NCBI RefSeq assembly: GCF_001186125.1
Contig: NW_014040525.1
Location: 1 to 64,000 of the forward strand
Source of the DNA: Sphaeroforma arctica JP610
Taxonomy: Eukaryota
Reading direction: 5' to 3'
Length of the DNA stretch: 64,000 nucleotides
The translations under genes and the position numbers were made by a program. A model generated the notes under the pieces. That model was not told the DNA's origin and did no database searches. It saw only the letters and a list, made by a program, of their open reading frames with translations. This document shows positions 1 to 13,228 of this stretch, piece by piece; position 1 is the first letter of the stretch, and every line of letters starts with the position of its first letter.

Positions 1-425
1 ATGAGTGCGTGTGTGTGCATGACGCTTTCTCATCGCACTTCTTGCTAGTTCATACGTTTTTGTGTAGACTGGCATGTAAATTTATGTCATGATTTTTCAC
101 TGTAGAAAGTTGTTCGATTTAGTAGACTATGAGGAAGCATACTGGTTTAGATGATACATTCATGTCCTCAAGTCAAACATAAACAAGCATAACATTCACA
201 TGTTCTTGCTTCGTATTTCAACGGGTTCTCGTCCCATTTTGTAATCCAAACACGTAATCAATACATAAACGTGTAGAAGTGCAACCAAGTCACTAGCCAC
301 TACGTTCGTGGAAAAATCGTCTACGGCATTTAGAGTAAACAGCGAGAATACCTGCGAATTTTGTCTTTATTTACTATAGCATCGATTTCATTTCAACACT
401 TTGCTTTTAACTGTATAAATACCAT

Positions 426-1360
<935 letters not shown>

Positions 1361-2204
1361 CCTGAATATATGTACTTCTCTACGACGCTATGTTTGTGTT
1401 TAGAAAAACTGAAGCTGAACAATTGGTCACTGCATGTATTTATCAGATTTTTTTTAAAATCGCTTCTTCGCTTTCTTTGTTGTGTCACTCTGTGTTTATG
1501 TTTCAAGGCTTTCAGCTTTGGAGAGTTCGATCACCGTTTCCCATAAAAGGTAATTAGCATCTGCGTAGACTCCAATTGTATGCCTGATAATTATGGAATG
1601 ACCCAGAAATACTGGTCTTCGACAAACTGGAAAACTCTGATAACAAGAAATGATTTTGACATATCTGATTGATATTATAACTTTAAAATGAAATATAAGT
1701 GGTCATAAATTTTAAAATAAACAATTATCGGCTTGTTTTTCAAAACTAAATATTAACTGGTTTAAGAATAGCTCATTTATACATATCAACAAAGTAAACT
1801 GATTTAGCCAATAATAATTTATTAATTATAATAAAGCTCTTTATATTCGTAGTATTTAAATTGATCAACTTGATAGTCTAACTTATTCGATGAAGTTCAC
1901 TTCTTGGAACCTTCATTGATCAAAATATTTTTCGGGTATACCGGGGATAATTGATTTGTTATAAGCTCGAATTTTCAACCTGACCCGATTCCTCGATTAT
2001 TGTCCTTAATTTTGAACGTGCTTGGTGAGTTCATGAGAGTTGATTGCTGGCCGCCTGGTCCTGTGCAAACAAAAATTGGTCGTCACATGTGGGCCCCGGG
2101 AGTATCATTAGAACAGAACGCAGATATATAACCATGTCGCTGAAGCTTTAATTAGGTCTTTATATCTAAGTATAATATAACATTAAGGATTTCCCAGAAT
2201 AAAA

Positions 2205-2861
2205 ATGTCTGGAGAAGGAGATGTCGAGATGCCTGTGGCCGAGACCCAGGCCCCCGTCGTCGTCGAGACTGAGAAGATGGATGTAATGACCGCTCTTCAA
2301 ACCGTCTTGAAGAACGCTCTTATCCACGATGGGCTTGCCCGTGGCCTTCACGAGTGCGCCAAGGCTCTTGATCGCCGTGAGGTATGTATCGGAATCTGTC
2401 CATCCATTTAAAGAAATTATCTGTATTCATGTATAGATCGCATTGATGATTGAGCATGCCGCCCCAGGCAGACGGATCATGGTGATAACGCTCCTTTTCT
2501 ACAGTCTCTGAGTAATCTTAAAGTATATGAAATTATGCATGTACTTGCATCGTTCAGACATGCATCAGTTTACTAATCGATCACACTTTTATATTATAAA
2601 CAGGCCCATCTTTGTGTTTTGGCCGAGTCCTGTGACGAGCCCGCCTATAAGACTTTGGTGGAGGCACTTTGCGCTGAACACAAGATCAATCTCATCAAGA
2701 TTGACGACAACAAGAAGCTCGGAGAGTGGGCTGGTCTCTGCAAGATTGACCGTGAAGGTAATGCTCGCAAGGTCGTTGGTGCCAGTTGCGTAGTTGTCAA
2801 AGACTACGGTGTCTCCTCCGAAGCCGTTGATGTGCTTCAGGAGTACTTCAAGAACAACTAG
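2205..2861 (+). CDS. RPS12: 40S ribosomal protein S12 (eS12), exons 2205-2381 and 2604-2861, 144 aa
   Basis: [50 protein letters not shown]...[31 protein letters not shown] intron 2382-2603. Probable 5'UTR intron 2025 (GTGAGT) to 2197 (CAG). Confidence 0.97.
2436..2517 (+). ncRNA. Intronic box C/D snoRNA, U31/snR67-like (guide for LSU rRNA P-loop G methylation)
   Basis: Box C TGATGA 2444-2449, D' CAGA 2469-2472, C'-like GTGATA ~2482-2487, box D CTGA 2508-2511, short imperfect terminal stem. Guide TGCCGCCCCAG just upstream of D' is the reverse complement of the conserved LSU P-loop CUGGGGCGGCA. The D+5 rule selects the second G (E. coli Gm2251 equivalent). Confidence 0.85.
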
Positions 2862-3148
2862 GTTGTCGATCACATACCACTCCGCCTTTTCTCGGAACAT
2901 ATTCAGTTCTGAGTAACTACGATTGTATCGTGAAACGACTATCTGGATTTCAATCGCCACGCATTGGAATGTGTTCATGATTTATCTGTACTCTGCTGGA
3001 GCGCTTCGCAACAGTTTTTTTTATATTATTGTAAACAAGCGAGTTTATTTTAAGACAACGATTAGTGATCGAAGACTTGATTAAAGTTGCAACAATTTTG
3101 GTATTTCTTGTTACGGTGTTATGTAGTGGTTTTTCGAGTGCTTATATC

Positions 3149-3551
3149 ACTATGCAATAGTGTGTGTAGAGTGCCATTCCCTTCGATGAATGAATACTCA
3201 AGAACATATTGCTACACTGACTTTGATCTAGGCAGTTTAGCAAACATACCGTTTTGGTGTGGAGGATGTTAACAATAATCAAGAGCAAGACATTAGTTGT
3301 TGATTTTTATCTTGTCGTGGTCGAGAATGTAATGTATTATGGAGAATGTATTGCATTGTCAGTTCGATTCTGGCTTTGAGCGGTATTGTCCATCTGCTAT
3401 CTCAACTATACTGGCTATGCAATAGTGTGTGTAGAGTATCATCTTCTGTAGTAGATAGATATTCAAGAACATATTGCTAAAGTGATTTTTCTCTTGGGCA
3501 GTTTGAGGACATGCCGTTTTGGTATGGAGGAGACTAACAATAATCAAGAGG
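3149..3551. repeat. Diverged direct duplication (~135 bp; ~3149-3285 and ~3414-3551)
   Basis: Both copies share ctatgcaatagtgtgtgtagagt...caagaacatattgcta...ggcagttt...ccgttttggt.tggagga...taacaataatcaagag. Confidence 0.85.
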
Positions 3552-5158
3552 CGTACATTTAATATTATGCTCAAATGGGTGTTCATGTATGCTTAGTACT
3601 GCCAGTTAGGGAATTTTATTGATGCACAGTAAATCTGGAATAAAAGCTCTTCATTGATTGATTTGAGGTTTTCTATAAAAAATTAAGAATTGTAGTTTCC
3701 GCTTTGCTTTGCCATCGGTATCTATAGTAGTATGTTTAACACAATCGAGTTGAGGATCCAATTGCGGAGTGGACTTAGAATGAATTCTGTGGCATCTATC
3801 CCATTTGTTGTTGCATGCTTCGTTCAAATCTTACCGCGAAAAGAAATTATGGTCTGTTTAGCGTAGACATTCTGACCATATCATGTGCAGTCCCTGCAGT
3901 GGCATGGCCGCCTGCGAAGACATAAGGGTCGAAAACAACCGGACTTTCTGTCCTTGTTTTTAAACATTACTGAAACTGCCAAAGGAAGTTGAGGTAACAG
4001 ACCCGTTTTGATGCCCCAATGGTTTTATGTACGTGTTCACAAAACCTGCCACATACTAGTGTTAATATTAAATGCCCTACCATTGACAATGTATGCTACT
4101 GTTATGGCGTGGGGTCCCTCGAGTTAAAAAGATTATAAACGGTGGTTGGCTTCGAAAAATGAAAGTAGCAAGCTTCTACGATTGCATCAAACTGGTATTG
4201 ATCTCGTTTTCGTGCATCAAACTGTTATTATTCATATTGAGCTTACTTTCGTACACGTATGAAAATGGCAAACCTAGGTAGATATCCACGGAAAGCTAGG
4301 CTCCGAACCGAGCTATAGCTATGTACAATAGAAGATGCTTGCCATCACTAATCTAAACTCCAGGCGAGCTCATATGCCATTAAATTTATATGTAAAATAT
4401 TATCTTCAACATGTCACAGGAATAGTCGCAGAAATACCGATATGCATGCCTATCTTGAGACTTCATCGACAATAAATGCTGATGCAACTGTGTATATAAT
4501 ATACACTTGTTTTCACCTACACACACGTAAACAAGTCAATTTCGAAAATTGGAGAGAATACTTCACCCTACTAATATATATTCTACAAGCAGATTCAGAT
4601 AAACGAATTTGTAACCGTTGGCTGATTGACAATATGGAAGGACAAGGACATGTGGAGATATAGTTCAAAACCTTAGTCGCTACGCAAGCGATACAGTATT
4701 GTGACATAAACAGTTCAGAAGTCGACAATTTATTTAAAAGGTCATCGCACCTCCCGGGTTCGAAGCTCGAAGCTCGACACTCGACATCACGAGAACTATA
4801 ACTACGCTGATGCCTCCGCCTGGCTAAAGGCACTGGCACAACACATCATGTGGCCGGGGGCAGTGTATGTAAGCCGGTGGGGCACAACTGCACAAAGTCA
4901 CAACTTTTAACATTTATTTTTTTACAAAAATATGTTATGTATTCTAAAATTGGTCATGAATAAATAGATTTTATACAAAAGCCCATATAGATTTTTTTTT
5001 TCAAAAATTATATTTACTTTTATTTCACCACCGGAAAAAAGCATCGAGGTCCGAAATTGAAATATCTCTAGCTAGCTAACTCAGAACGAGAGCGGATGAT
5101 ATGTGTGTGTAACTCATTTGCACTTGCCAGAACAAGATCAGTACACTAGTCTGACATT

Positions 5159-5620
5159 ATGAGTTACGGTATGATGTGGTTTTCCTGTACTTCAACGAAG
5201 AGGACTATTGATTGTCTGCTTTAAAGTCCAAAACACACGACAGGCGTTGTTCGAATAGTTTACAGAGACGGAACAAATTTTTCGTGCGAGTTTAGTCAAA
5301 TATTTGTCCGGCCCTTTGATCGTACACTTTGAATTACGAACAAAGGATATGTACTTCATTACTATGTGAAACGATTATGAACCCGAAATCACTCTTCCAA
5401 GGCTATCCAAGCGTTTTACTTTCCCCTTTGAATCGAACTCAAACTATGAATAGAAATTGAATATTCGCGTTGTTTAGGAAAATCCAGCTCCTACATACGG
5501 ACTTGCTGTATCCGAGCATGAAAATTTGTATACTACATATATATGTATTTTGTATATACTTATGTACATTTGTGTAACAATCTAATAATATATTTGTGTA
5601 TATATATGTATATATATATA

Positions 5621-5654
<34 letters not shown>

Positions 5655-6164
5655 NNNNNNNNNNNNNNNNNNNNNNNNNNNNNNNNNNNNNNNNNNNNNN
5701 NNNNNNNNNNNNNNNNNNNNNNNNNNNNNNNNNNNNNNNNNNNNNNNNNNNNNNNNNNNNNNNNNNNNNNNNNNNNNNNNNNNNNNNNNNNNNNNNNNNN
5801 NNNNNNNNNNNNNNNNNNNNNNNNNNNNNNNNNNNNNNNNNNNNNNNNNNNNNNNNNNNNNNNNNNNNNNNNNNNNNNNNNNNNNNNNNNNNNNNNNNNN
5901 NNNNNNNNNNNNNNNNNNNNNNNNNNNNNNNNNNNNNNNNNNNNNNNNNNNNNNNNNNNNNNNNNNNNNNNNNNNNNNNNNNNNNNNNNNNNNNNNNNNN
6001 NNNNNNNNNNNNNNNNNNNNNNNNNNNNNNNNNNNNNNNNNNNNNNNNNNNNNNNNNNNNNNNNNNNNNNNNNNNNNNNNNNNNNNNNNNNNNNNNNNNN
6101 NNNNNNNNNNNNNNNNNNNNNNNNNNNNNNNNNNNNNNNNNNNNNNNNNNNNNNNNNNNNNATG

Positions 6165-6207
<43 letters not shown>

Positions 6208-6347
6208 TTATATATATGTATATATATATGATATATATATATGTATATATATATGATATATATAAATATATATGAATGTCTGTATGTATGTATTTATGTA
6301 TGTATGCATATGTCTATGTATTATATATTATGTATATATATACCTAA

Positions 6348-6378
<31 letters not shown>

Positions 6379-9300
6379 TATATATATGTACGTATATATG
6401 TTTGTGTGTATGTGTTTGTATTCAAAATCGCAGCCGCACAACTGACTCCTATCATTGCCATTTCAACAGGCGGGAATCCGTGGGTTATATCCCCCGATGA
6501 AAGGGCGACCATGGAGCGCACCTTTCAGAATATTGGTCCTTTGAATGGCAAGCTTTCGGGTATGTGAGAATTCAGGCCCTTTGTTTTGTTGTAGTCGAAC
6601 ATTGTGATGTTTATTTATTTGTGCCTGAACTGGACCATTTTGACACAAGGTTGAGCGCTTCAAATCCCTGTGTAAACACTTGTGTGTAGTTGTTGGCAGA
6701 CCAAACGGATAGTCCGCTCTAAGTATGCGTCTCATAACGCGGTCGATTTGCTCACTGGCTACAGCCAGTGTAGAACGTCAAATGGCGGGAACTCAAAAAA
6801 TCCGCAAACCTTAGTGTGTGATACAGTTTATGCAATAGTTCCTAGTGTTGCGTCGATCACTTCAGTTTCAAGCGCAAATACGTTTGATTGCTGCCCATAT
6901 AGCGGCATTTTATTAAACAACGCCTTCAAGATGCAGGCGCAAAGACCTTTGGTTCCGGCCTATGTAGCGGCATTTTATAAAAACTTCACCACATTCCAGC
7001 TATAAATGAGCTATGACTGCTTGTGCACTAAACTACCAGAAAGGTCCCGATAATCAATGTGCTTGTCAAGATACTTCCTTTCTACAAGCATACGTGCACA
7101 TCAACTGAGTGTCCCTCTCTGTCAGTGTGAAAAGAAACTTTATTTGCAACCCCTTAATCGATCTATTGTTGTATTGTCAACAATCTCTCAGGACCGATTG
7201 CGCGCACCTATTTTATGAAAACTGGACTGCCAAACCCCATTCTGGGACAGATCTGGCAGTTGTCCGATATGGACCACGACGGCAACCTGACACTCAATGA
7301 GTTCTGTGTGGCGATGCATTTGGTGAACAACAAATTGCAGAAGCGCATTGATCCTCCCTCGTCACTCCCGGATTCTCTCCGCAACGGCGGAGCAGGTATG
7401 AACGCACAGGACACTCAATAAGCTGGGGGTGTGCTTGATGTTGGTGTGTGTATGTACATTGTATTCTGATCAATGGCGAGCTATTACTTGGGGCATATTA
7501 TCATCCGTGTTATGTATGTAGGCTAGGGGCGTTTGGTCGGTGGAGTGCTGTTGAGTCGGCGACGACATGATTGGTGTTGGTGTGTGTATGTACATAGTAT
7601 TCTGATCAATGGCGAGCTATTACTTGAGGCATAGTANNNNNNNNNNNNNNNNNNNNGGCTAGGGGTGTTTAGGTACGGGAGTCGACATTGATTGGTGTTT
7701 GGTGTGTGTATGTACATAGTATTCTGATCAATGGCGAGAGGCATAGTATCATCCGTGTTATGTATGTAGGCTAGGGGTGTTTGGTCGGTGGAGTACTGTT
7801 GAGTCGGAGACACATGATTGGTGTTGGTGTGTGTATGTACATAGTATTCTGATCAATGGCGAGCTATTACTTGAGGCATAGTATTGTTGGTGCTATGTAT
7901 ATGGACTGGGGTGTTTGGTTGGTGGTGGGTAATTGATTCGGAGCTCCTTAGCTACACCCCCTAGGAGCATCTGCGCTGCTGACATTAATATGTGGCTCGC
8001 TACCCACTCATGTTAGCAGTGGCAATCTGTGTACAGCTACGTTTGCATACATAAGCGCACACAACCTGTAACCTCATTGCCTCTCCGCCATTAATTGACC
8101 TATTCCTACGGTGCTGTGGTGTTGTATGGGCCGGCTTCATCGCAACAGGTGCCAATGGCATGACATCGCCGAGCCCGATGATGAGTGGTGGCATGGGGGG
8201 CATGGGTGGTGGTATGAATGCTATGGGAGGAGGCATGAATAATATGGGGGGTGGTATGAGTAATTACGGGGGGGGTATGAATATCATGGGCGGTGGCATG
8301 CAGGGGGGCATGGGCATGGGTGGCGGCTATGGACAGGTACGTGTGTGTATAAATGTGCGCGCAACCAAGTTATGTAGACGTCGGTCTGTATTTATATTTG
8401 ATGTTTGTGTTGCTGGGGGTGTAATTGCTGGCATCAATTATGCCGCCAACGATATGCCTTTGTACTTCATTTCTGGCTTTCTACGCTCACATGCCGTGGC
8501 CTCATCCAAATCGCTCCAAACCTAATATGACGCCGAAGGCCGATACTTTATGTTTTCTTTGTGTGCTTTCTTTGCCCGAAATCCAATACTCGAGTAACAA
8601 TCCCGTTTTCCATAGCATTCCGCTGACCGATTCGAATCACATTTCCAATCCCATCCTAATCAAACTCATTCGGAAGCCACCATCTTCTCCTTCTGTCCCA
8701 ACAGGGAGGCATGGGGGGTATGGGTGGGGGCTACGGAGGTAGCGCAGGCATGGGAATGGAGTCCTCGGGTTTCGGCGGTGCAGGGGGTATGGGGGGAGGC
8801 TACACCGGCTCCTCGTACCAGGCACCGAAGAGTTCTGGGGGTGGGGGTGGGTCTCTCAAACCTATCGAGCACAAGATGCGGCTGAAGTACAACCAGGAGT
8901 TCAACAAGGCGGATGCCAAAAAAGTGGGCTATGTGACGGGGGTGCAGGCCAGGCAGATCTTCACGCGCGAGGCAAGGTTACCGGCCCAACAACTGGCACA
9001 GGTAAGCGTGAAGTGGAGATCACGGTAGAGTACAAGCTTGTTTGGTAAGTTGTGCGTGATCGTGACCATGACAAACTGGTACAAGGAAGCGTTTAGTGGA
9101 GAACATGGTACAGTATGAGCTTGTGTGGTATGTTGTGCGTGATCGTGATCGTGACCGTGACTGTGGCCATGTCTAGATCAGGATGCTATCTATCCGATAT
9201 TGTCATATGCATCTGTTTTGGATTTTTGGCTTCTGAACCAATTTTAGTATGTTTTTGATTCGTCTCCGATTCACCCCTAGTAATAATGTTGGCATTGATT

Positions 9301-10435
9301 CGGTTGCACCGACTGGTCGTGGTCCCAATATCGCCCATTTAATTTCCATTCTGACCCTCTAATGGCCCTCTATCGACCCTCTAGATCTGGAACTTGGCCG
9401 ATAAAGATCAGGATGGAAATCTGAACCGCGAGGAGTTTGCCATCGCCAAGCATCTGATGGCCGCTGTGGCTGAGGGCAAAAGTCTGCCGTCTAAGCTACC
9501 ACCGTTTCTGGGGGGCAAGAGTGTGCTTGACACGACCGGGAAAGACGGGCAGGTGGATGAGCGCATATCCAACTTCAAGCAGGTGTGCGAGTTTACTCTG
9601 AAGGATACATGTTAGTTGTGTCAGAGATTGCGTGAGTGTGTTGCGTTGTCCAAGTTGTCCTTGGCTCTGGGTTCGCGATGCGCTTGGTGCGTACGACCGG
9701 GAAGGATGATGTATAGTACCAAAGGTTGGTGTCACTTTATGTTGTGTATGGATTTATTGTGCAAATTGGTTGTTCTGTTCTGTGTTGGGTTACATGGGTT
9801 CTGGCCCATGTAGTATAAGAATATCCCCGTGAGTGACCTCTTCCGTTAGAAGTTCGGGCTCAGAGATATTCAAGATGGGTGTACGACGTGTTTCTTGTTC
9901 TCACACCTCCATAGTACTTTTTCGCATCCCGGGAAGTATTGTACTGGGGCTGCACTGTTTTTTTTGTTTTGTTTTTTGCAATATCTTCTCGGTCACTCTC
10001 GCGCAAATCACTAGATGTGTTTGTATATTGACTTGTACCCAAGCCAGGAGTCGTAGTTCATCGGCAATCGCAAATCCAAGATGCAGAATCCAGGCGGATT
10101 TTCGCATAATGTTACGATTGGAGTGCATTCTTATTATTATTCCACAACCAAATCCATCTAAAAATATTTATGATACATACTCGTATCAATGTATGTGCAT
10201 GCGATTCTGTATCTGTACTTAGCTTAATCACTTCGAAATCATACTTCTTCTCGAGTAATTAAAGGTAGCTGTGACATCGGTGTAGCGGTGTTTGACGTTT
10301 CGTGCTAACTTGCCCTCGTATCTCAATCCAGGGCCAAGACCTGTTGAACAAGAAGAAAGTGCTGATGGCGGAACAAATGGAGATGGACAAACAGGTCAGT
10401 TTCCTTCCTGTGATATATATATATGTATATATATG

Positions 10436-10478
<43 letters not shown>

Positions 10479-10480
10479 TG

Positions 10481-10530
<50 letters not shown>

Positions 10531-10741
10531 TAGTATAGTATAGTATAGTAGTAGTAGTAGTAGTTAGTAGTTACGTTAATTAACGTACGTTAACGCGGTA
10601 ACGGTAAGGGTAGGGTACGGTTAGTANNNNNNNNNNNNNNNNNNNNGAACTAAGAGGTAGTAGACGTAACTAAGTACGTTAGTTACCGTTACCGTTCGTT
10701 GTGTATATATATATAGTATAGTATATATATATATATATATA

Positions 10742-10774
<33 letters not shown>

Positions 10775-10775
10775 G

Positions 10776-10829
<54 letters not shown>

Positions 10830-13139
10830 ATATATATATGTATGTATGTATGTATGTATTAAATTGCACTGGAGAGGGTGTGTGTAAACAAAAGACAGCG
10901 TAGATCTCCCACACGCAGAGGATGTGAGATGATTCAAACTCTCAACTCAATCAGTCTCTAATCTGATGTTCTCTTACTTCATGTGCGTCATTCTGGTTCG
11001 TATTGTATCAAATCCCGAACGTCTGTATAGTATTATCAGCAAAGAAATGACCCGGCTTGTTCCTGTTTCCTATAGGCTTTCTTACAGCGTGACATGGAAG
11101 AGAAGCGTAAGCGCGACGCCAAAATGGCCCAGCAAATGGCCCAGGAACAGGCCAAGCAGCAACACATGCTACAGCAACAGCAACAGCAGGCACAGTATAT
11201 GCAGCAGCAGCAAAAGGAGCGCGAGGCTCAGATGTACGCCGAACGGGCCGAACGAGTGAAACGTGAGAACATGGAGTTGGAGATGCGACGCGAGTTGTAT
11301 CTGGACAGAGAGCAAGCCCTTGCTGAGATGAATCAGGTATGTTTAAGAGATGGGGGGGGGGGGGTTCTGGCCACTTGAGAGTGTATGTAGGATTTCGCTT
11401 GTCTATAAGTATACACACATTGAATATGCGTATCTCACAGATTTAGTTTGGAGCGTGCGGGTTTGTCTCTGGTGCACCCCAAGCTGGCTGATCCAAGAGT
11501 CGTGTGTACGCATACCTAGAGAATTTGTCCAAATTATTACGAACACACCCGAATGTGTGACCCTCGCCCCTTAGACCACCATACAGAGGCGTGGCTCGTA
11601 TTCTCAACTTACCTCCGACTGCACCGCTCTCTGTCTTCACACCTCTCATACATTCCTCCCAATCCATGCATCAGTTGATGATGAAGAAAACGCAGCTGGA
11701 CTCGCAGTTGTCGATGGCAAACAATAAGAAGCAGCAGATGGAGCAGATGATCCAACGGTCTGTAGGGTTTTTGTCGTATCTGGATTGTTTAACATACACT
11801 GAGTTGGTGGGTGTGTATTGCTCTTGTAGCGTTTAGGCTACCCTCTTATATCTCGAGTCATATCGTGGTTTTTATATATCCACCATAGAGGGATATTGTG
11901 GGTGGAGCGGATAGTACAACAGTTCGTAGCGTTGTTGTCGTTGACGTTTAAGGTGTCATGCATACACTCCCTTGACAGTGTATGTATCGTATGTAATATC
12001 CTGTTTAAATTGCCTAGAACCTTGTATGTGTGTGTTCGGATAGCTGCACTGTGGTGTACATGCCGGATGCGTCCGATCTCCAGCCCAGCGGCAGGCTGTG
12101 TCTTATAAGCTACGGACAAATGAAGCGCCTGATCTCGCTCCCACGCTGAGATAACGCCCATGCGCATGTGCCGGTGTCCTTGGAATACATCTGAATGTAC
12201 TGACCATAGACCTGTCAGCTCGTGTACGTTCGTAGTCGAAGTTTGAGCAACTGGCTATAATATGAATGAATGTAAGTCGGTGATATGTAACGTATCGTAG
12301 CGGATCAGCGCTCCAACCTCAACCTAAGTGATACCTCTAGATATTGCTGGAAAAATGTTTTTTGTGTTCACTAAAATCACCTGGAAGGTGATAGTCTAGT
12401 TATGTTGCAGGTGCCAATAGCCACCTAGACCTCTAACCGAAGCAAAGCACGCCTTGCTGTCTTCGTCATATCTCACTGTGGACTTTCACCACCTTACATG
12501 AGATGTTAGTAGCCTTACAGTTCTTTGTAGTACACGGCCGTATACGGCTACCCTGGATATCGGGTGCGTCTCTGACCTATCAGCGCTATCTCCTCTGTGT
12601 TGCAGGGGACAGGCAGCCAAGCAACAGGCTATCGCCGAGAAACAACAGGTGCAGGCACAGATTCAGCAGCACATGACATCGTTCCAGCAGCTAGAGCAGC
12701 GTTACAACGCAGAGATGGCCAACCTCAAGACCAAGCAGGACGAGCGCAACGCTCTCTCGGCGCAGCTGATTCAGATCCACAAGTATGTGTGTCTTCTAAG
12801 CCTAGCAATGTGTGTGAGAGGGATGAGCGGTCAAAGCATGGACCCCCACACACACACGCACGCACACATGCGCATTGTTATCTCTTGGCGGGTTGTTCTC
12901 GTGGGCCCTTCAGTATCCTCAATCTACGCCGTTTCTACACACACGCGCGCAGCCAATCTGCGAAGGCACGGGGGGCTATTGAGGGGTCTAAAGGTAAGGT
13001 GGACTCGGTCGCACAGGATCTATTGCAGAGTATCAATGCACTGCAGCAGTCGTTGGACCGCAATCGCCTGGAGATCAGCAATCGGCGACTCGCATTGCAG
13101 AAACAACAGGTAGCGTATGCGATGAGACAACTGGTGTAG

Positions 13140-13188
<49 letters not shown>

Positions 13189-13189
13189 C

Positions 13190-13228
<39 letters not shown>

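Noticed and set aside
4740..4790. tRNA/SINE-like GGTTCGAA B-box
   Set aside because: No cloverleaf or A-box could be built around it.
5543..6567. Long YI/CV/HT-rich ORFs here and at ~10.3-10.9, 13.0-13.4, 19.6-20.0, 40.2-41.0, 47.7-48.1, 50.0-52.3 and 61.3-61.8 kb
   Set aside because: Translations of (TA)n, (TG)n and (GTATGT)n microsatellites and N gaps; only short embedded exons are real.
10528..10700. Odd gtagtagttacgttaacgtacg sequence flanking a small N gap
   Set aside because: Looks like degraded read-end (pyrosequencing-type) base calls beside a microsatellite; probable assembly artefact.
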